Positions 61,265 to 64,000 of a stretch of 64,000 nt of DNA are shown in pieces. Made by a program: the position numbers and the translations under genes. Where the stretch lies: NCBI GenBank assembly GCA_026770705.1, contig JANJGN010000089.1, positions 434,001 through 498,000 of the forward strand, written 5' to 3'. Numbering within the stretch: position 1 is the first letter of the stretch; the number at the start of each line of letters is the position of its first letter. The notes below the pieces were generated by a model, which was not told the origin of the DNA, ran no database searches, and worked only from the letters and a program-made list of their open reading frames with translations. Origin of the DNA: Isurus oxyrinchus (lineage: Eukaryota).

Positions 61265-61645
61265 AGAACACAACACAATAATTGTTCACATTGTATTGGG
61301 CAGGGGGAATTTGGGAAGAAGACTAGTTCTAGGTCCATTAAACAGGAGACACAACACACAATTGTTCACATTGTATTGGACAGGGGAGATTTGGGAATAA
61401 TAGGGAAGAAGAATATCTCTCGGTCCATTAAAGAGGAGACACAACACACAATAATTGTTCACATTGCATTGGAAAGGGGACATTTGGGAATAATAGGGAA
61501 GAAGACCAGCTCTAGATCCATTAACCAGGAGACACAACACAATAATTGTTCACCTTGTATTGGACTGGGGAAATTTGGGAATAATAGGGAAGAAGACTAG
61601 CTCCAGTCCATTAAACAGGAGACACAACACACAATAATTGTTCAG
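61265..61645 (+). repeat. Tandem repeat of about 91 bp, about 4 units
   Basis: Recurring 'acacaacacacaataattgttcacattgtattggacaggggagatttgggaataatagggaagaagactagctc..gtccattaaacaggag'. Confidence 0.9.
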
Positions 61646-62929
61646 ATCTGACAAAGAGAAAACACCTGTGTAGCACATGTTTCTTTCTGATCTCTGTTGA
61701 GAAGGGGCTGAGCCACAGTGCCATTCTCTTGGTCTCAGCGCTTTTAAGAGAGATGTGGTGATGCTGAGAATAGCCTCCAAGCTCTGAATTTAATAAGTTA
61801 CATATTTTTATTTACATCTTTTTTGAGCATTTCTTTCTTTGGCTTTGCCGATTTTGGCATGGCCTTGACCCACAATGGGGGTTGGGGGGAGGTAGTTGGT
61901 CTGGCAACAACTCATCCAGGACTCATGTCTGCAGCCGCAGAAAGGTCGGTGGTCTCCCTGAACTACAGAATCCCCAATTATTGCACCTCCTTACCTCTGG
62001 ACAGCTGAACAATCCGTGGCACCATGAGTTTGGCTCTGGGTGCACTCTCTCATTCTCACCAGTATACAGGGCTGAATAAATGTTGTAGCGTGAGATGCAC
62101 TGAGGGGATTAGTGCACTACTGGCCTTGTCCTCCTTGACAGCCTGGAACTCACCGATTTCCTATGAGGAAACATTGAATAGGCTGGTGTTGTTTTCTTTG
62201 GAACAGAGGACACTAAGTGACCATTTATTTGAGGTGTTGACATTGATGAGGGTAGAGCTGGAGTGGATCGGGAGGACCTATTCTGTATAGTTGCAGACAG
62301 GGTCACACAGGAACGTTAATTACACAATTAATAGGCAGGTAAGTAGCACAATGAATGAGAGGCTGCTAACTCAGTTTATCACCATCACAATGTATTCACT
62401 AGATCACTGATTATCAAATTATGGATTAGATCAGTGTCTGAGATTGCTGCAGATTGGCGAGATTCAGTTATTATGAACCATTCAGGAATCTAATTCATCA
62501 GTTCTGTAGTCTGTCTCTGTAATACTGTTCTTTGGAGAAGAGGTTTGTCTTGGGATTTAGCCCGTAAAGGGGGATAGTAAATCGGCTGGGTTTTTTTGGA
62601 CTCGGCCTGATTCTCTTTTCCATTGTTTGTTGCTTTTCCCGATGAAGTGCAATCCCTGCTGCTCTTTGTCTGTTCCTGTGGATACAACACATCCCAGCCG
62701 CTCTAATACAAGAAGATATGTCGAGCTCCCCGGTGTCTGCATAAACATTTATCCCCCAACTTGATCCTCTGGTGAGAAACTGGCATTAGAAATCAGCAGC
62801 CTCACAGAAAACTTTCAATTTCCATTTCAAGAATCTGAAACATCAGTTTTACACCCGAGTGACAAGTTCCACCCACTTCCCACCTGTGGCTGTTGCTGGT
62901 GAAGTCACCATAATTGTCGACTCAAATTA

Positions 62930-63260
62930 CCCTGAGATGGAGCTGTTGGGGCAGCTTCTTGAATGATCGATGTGACTGTTTGATACAACTTAGCGGAATA
63001 CTAGGGCAATGCAGAGGCCGTAAACATGACAGATAATCACATTGGAGAGGGTCTGCAGTCAGAAACAGACAAGGCCAGATAGTTTCCTTCCCAGAAACAC
63101 GGACAGATTAATGATCACTAGCAATAACTTCTTTTTTAAAATCTAGCTTCAGTTAAACTGAATTGAAATTCTCAAACTGTCATCTGAACTTATGTTCTCT
63201 GGGTTATCAGCATAACGCCTACATTGTTAGTCCAGGAATATAACCCAATACACAATCCTC
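62930..63260 (-). mobile_element. Old, decayed tRNA-SINE copy
   Basis: 'gtttccttcccagaaa', 'aattgaaattctcaaactgtcat' and 'gttagtccagg..taacccaatacac' resemble the reverse of the SINE at 58572. Confidence 0.5.
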
Positions 63261-64000
63261 CTCTGATAGTTGAAATCTACTCCATTAAATGGGTCACTTA
63301 TATCATTACAATTCTTGGGCTGTGAGCATTAGTTGGATGTCAGTGACAATATCAGAAAAGCATGTAAAGGCTTTTACAAAGTGTGTTTTTTTTGTCCCTG
63401 TTACCTGTTATTTCCACTGTATCGGTATTAATCTCTCATTACTGCATGGTGGTTATGTTGACATTTTTGAGTTGATTCCTACATTAAACCTACATTAAAT
63501 CTTATCTCTCTGTCCCTTCAGCTGTCAGTGTGGCCCCAGGAGATATCTAATACTAGATTATCTTTCTTGTGTGAGCCTGTTATTCTAATCTGGTCATTAC
63601 TGATTTCAAATTATTGGTTCCCATTCCTTGTCTTTTTGAAGCCTGATGAACACAGTGAAACTTCACCATTTATTGTACCAGAGTGAGGGAAGAATAAACA
63701 AACTGTATATGATGGGGGATGTAAGATAAATCAGGAAATAATGTCATGTACAACAGGTCCATCAGTATCTGGAAAATAATATCAATTCTTAAAGTTACAT
63801 CTTAAGAAACCTGACCCAGAGCATCAAACTATCTTCTCTCTGTTTAAATGCTGGCGATCATGCTCTGAGTTTAGACCACAACCCATGCAGAGGTTCAGGC
63901 TGTGGTTCCTACATGGATCAAGTCCATTTCCTGCAGTGTAGTTTCTACTGGGTCATTTAACTTCCACAACATGTTACTCTTTGAGCTGGTGTGTGAATTT

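Noticed and set aside
60716-61645. CRISPR-like array
   Set aside because: Whole units are repeated with no unique spacers, there are no cas genes, and the context is vertebrate. The same applies to the 46-bp and 33-bp arrays.

Overview
Repeat-rich eukaryotic DNA, very probably from a cartilaginous fish. This is inferred from the CR1/L2 LINE, Penelope-derived and tRNA-SINE repeat types and from the GPR139-like receptor family; a lamniform shark is plausible but not provable here. The only credible intact protein-coding gene is a two-exon GPR139-like class A GPCR on the minus strand (35598-35529 joined to 33300-32396, about 324 aa). There are two intact tRNA genes, Ile-AAT and Asp-GTC, and about eight decayed tRNA copies (3 Lys, 2 Gly, Arg, Ser, probable Glu). 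Other remnants are a processed H3.3 retropseudogene, a 3' fragment of a replication-dependent H3 gene that keeps its stem-loop, a second GPCR pseudo-exon and a decayed copia-like gag-pol. Much of the window is a patchwork of old local duplications (about 6 kb, 2-3 kb, 1.25 kb and 0.75 kb) that carry tRNA genes, which suggests a birth-and-death tRNA/histone/GPCR cluster. Near the right end, a CpG-rich YY1/ETS/CTCF-like segment directly adjoins a tandem array of Pol III B boxes. Most short ORFs in the track are spurious or transposon-derived. All alignments were done by eye and repeat boundaries are approximate.
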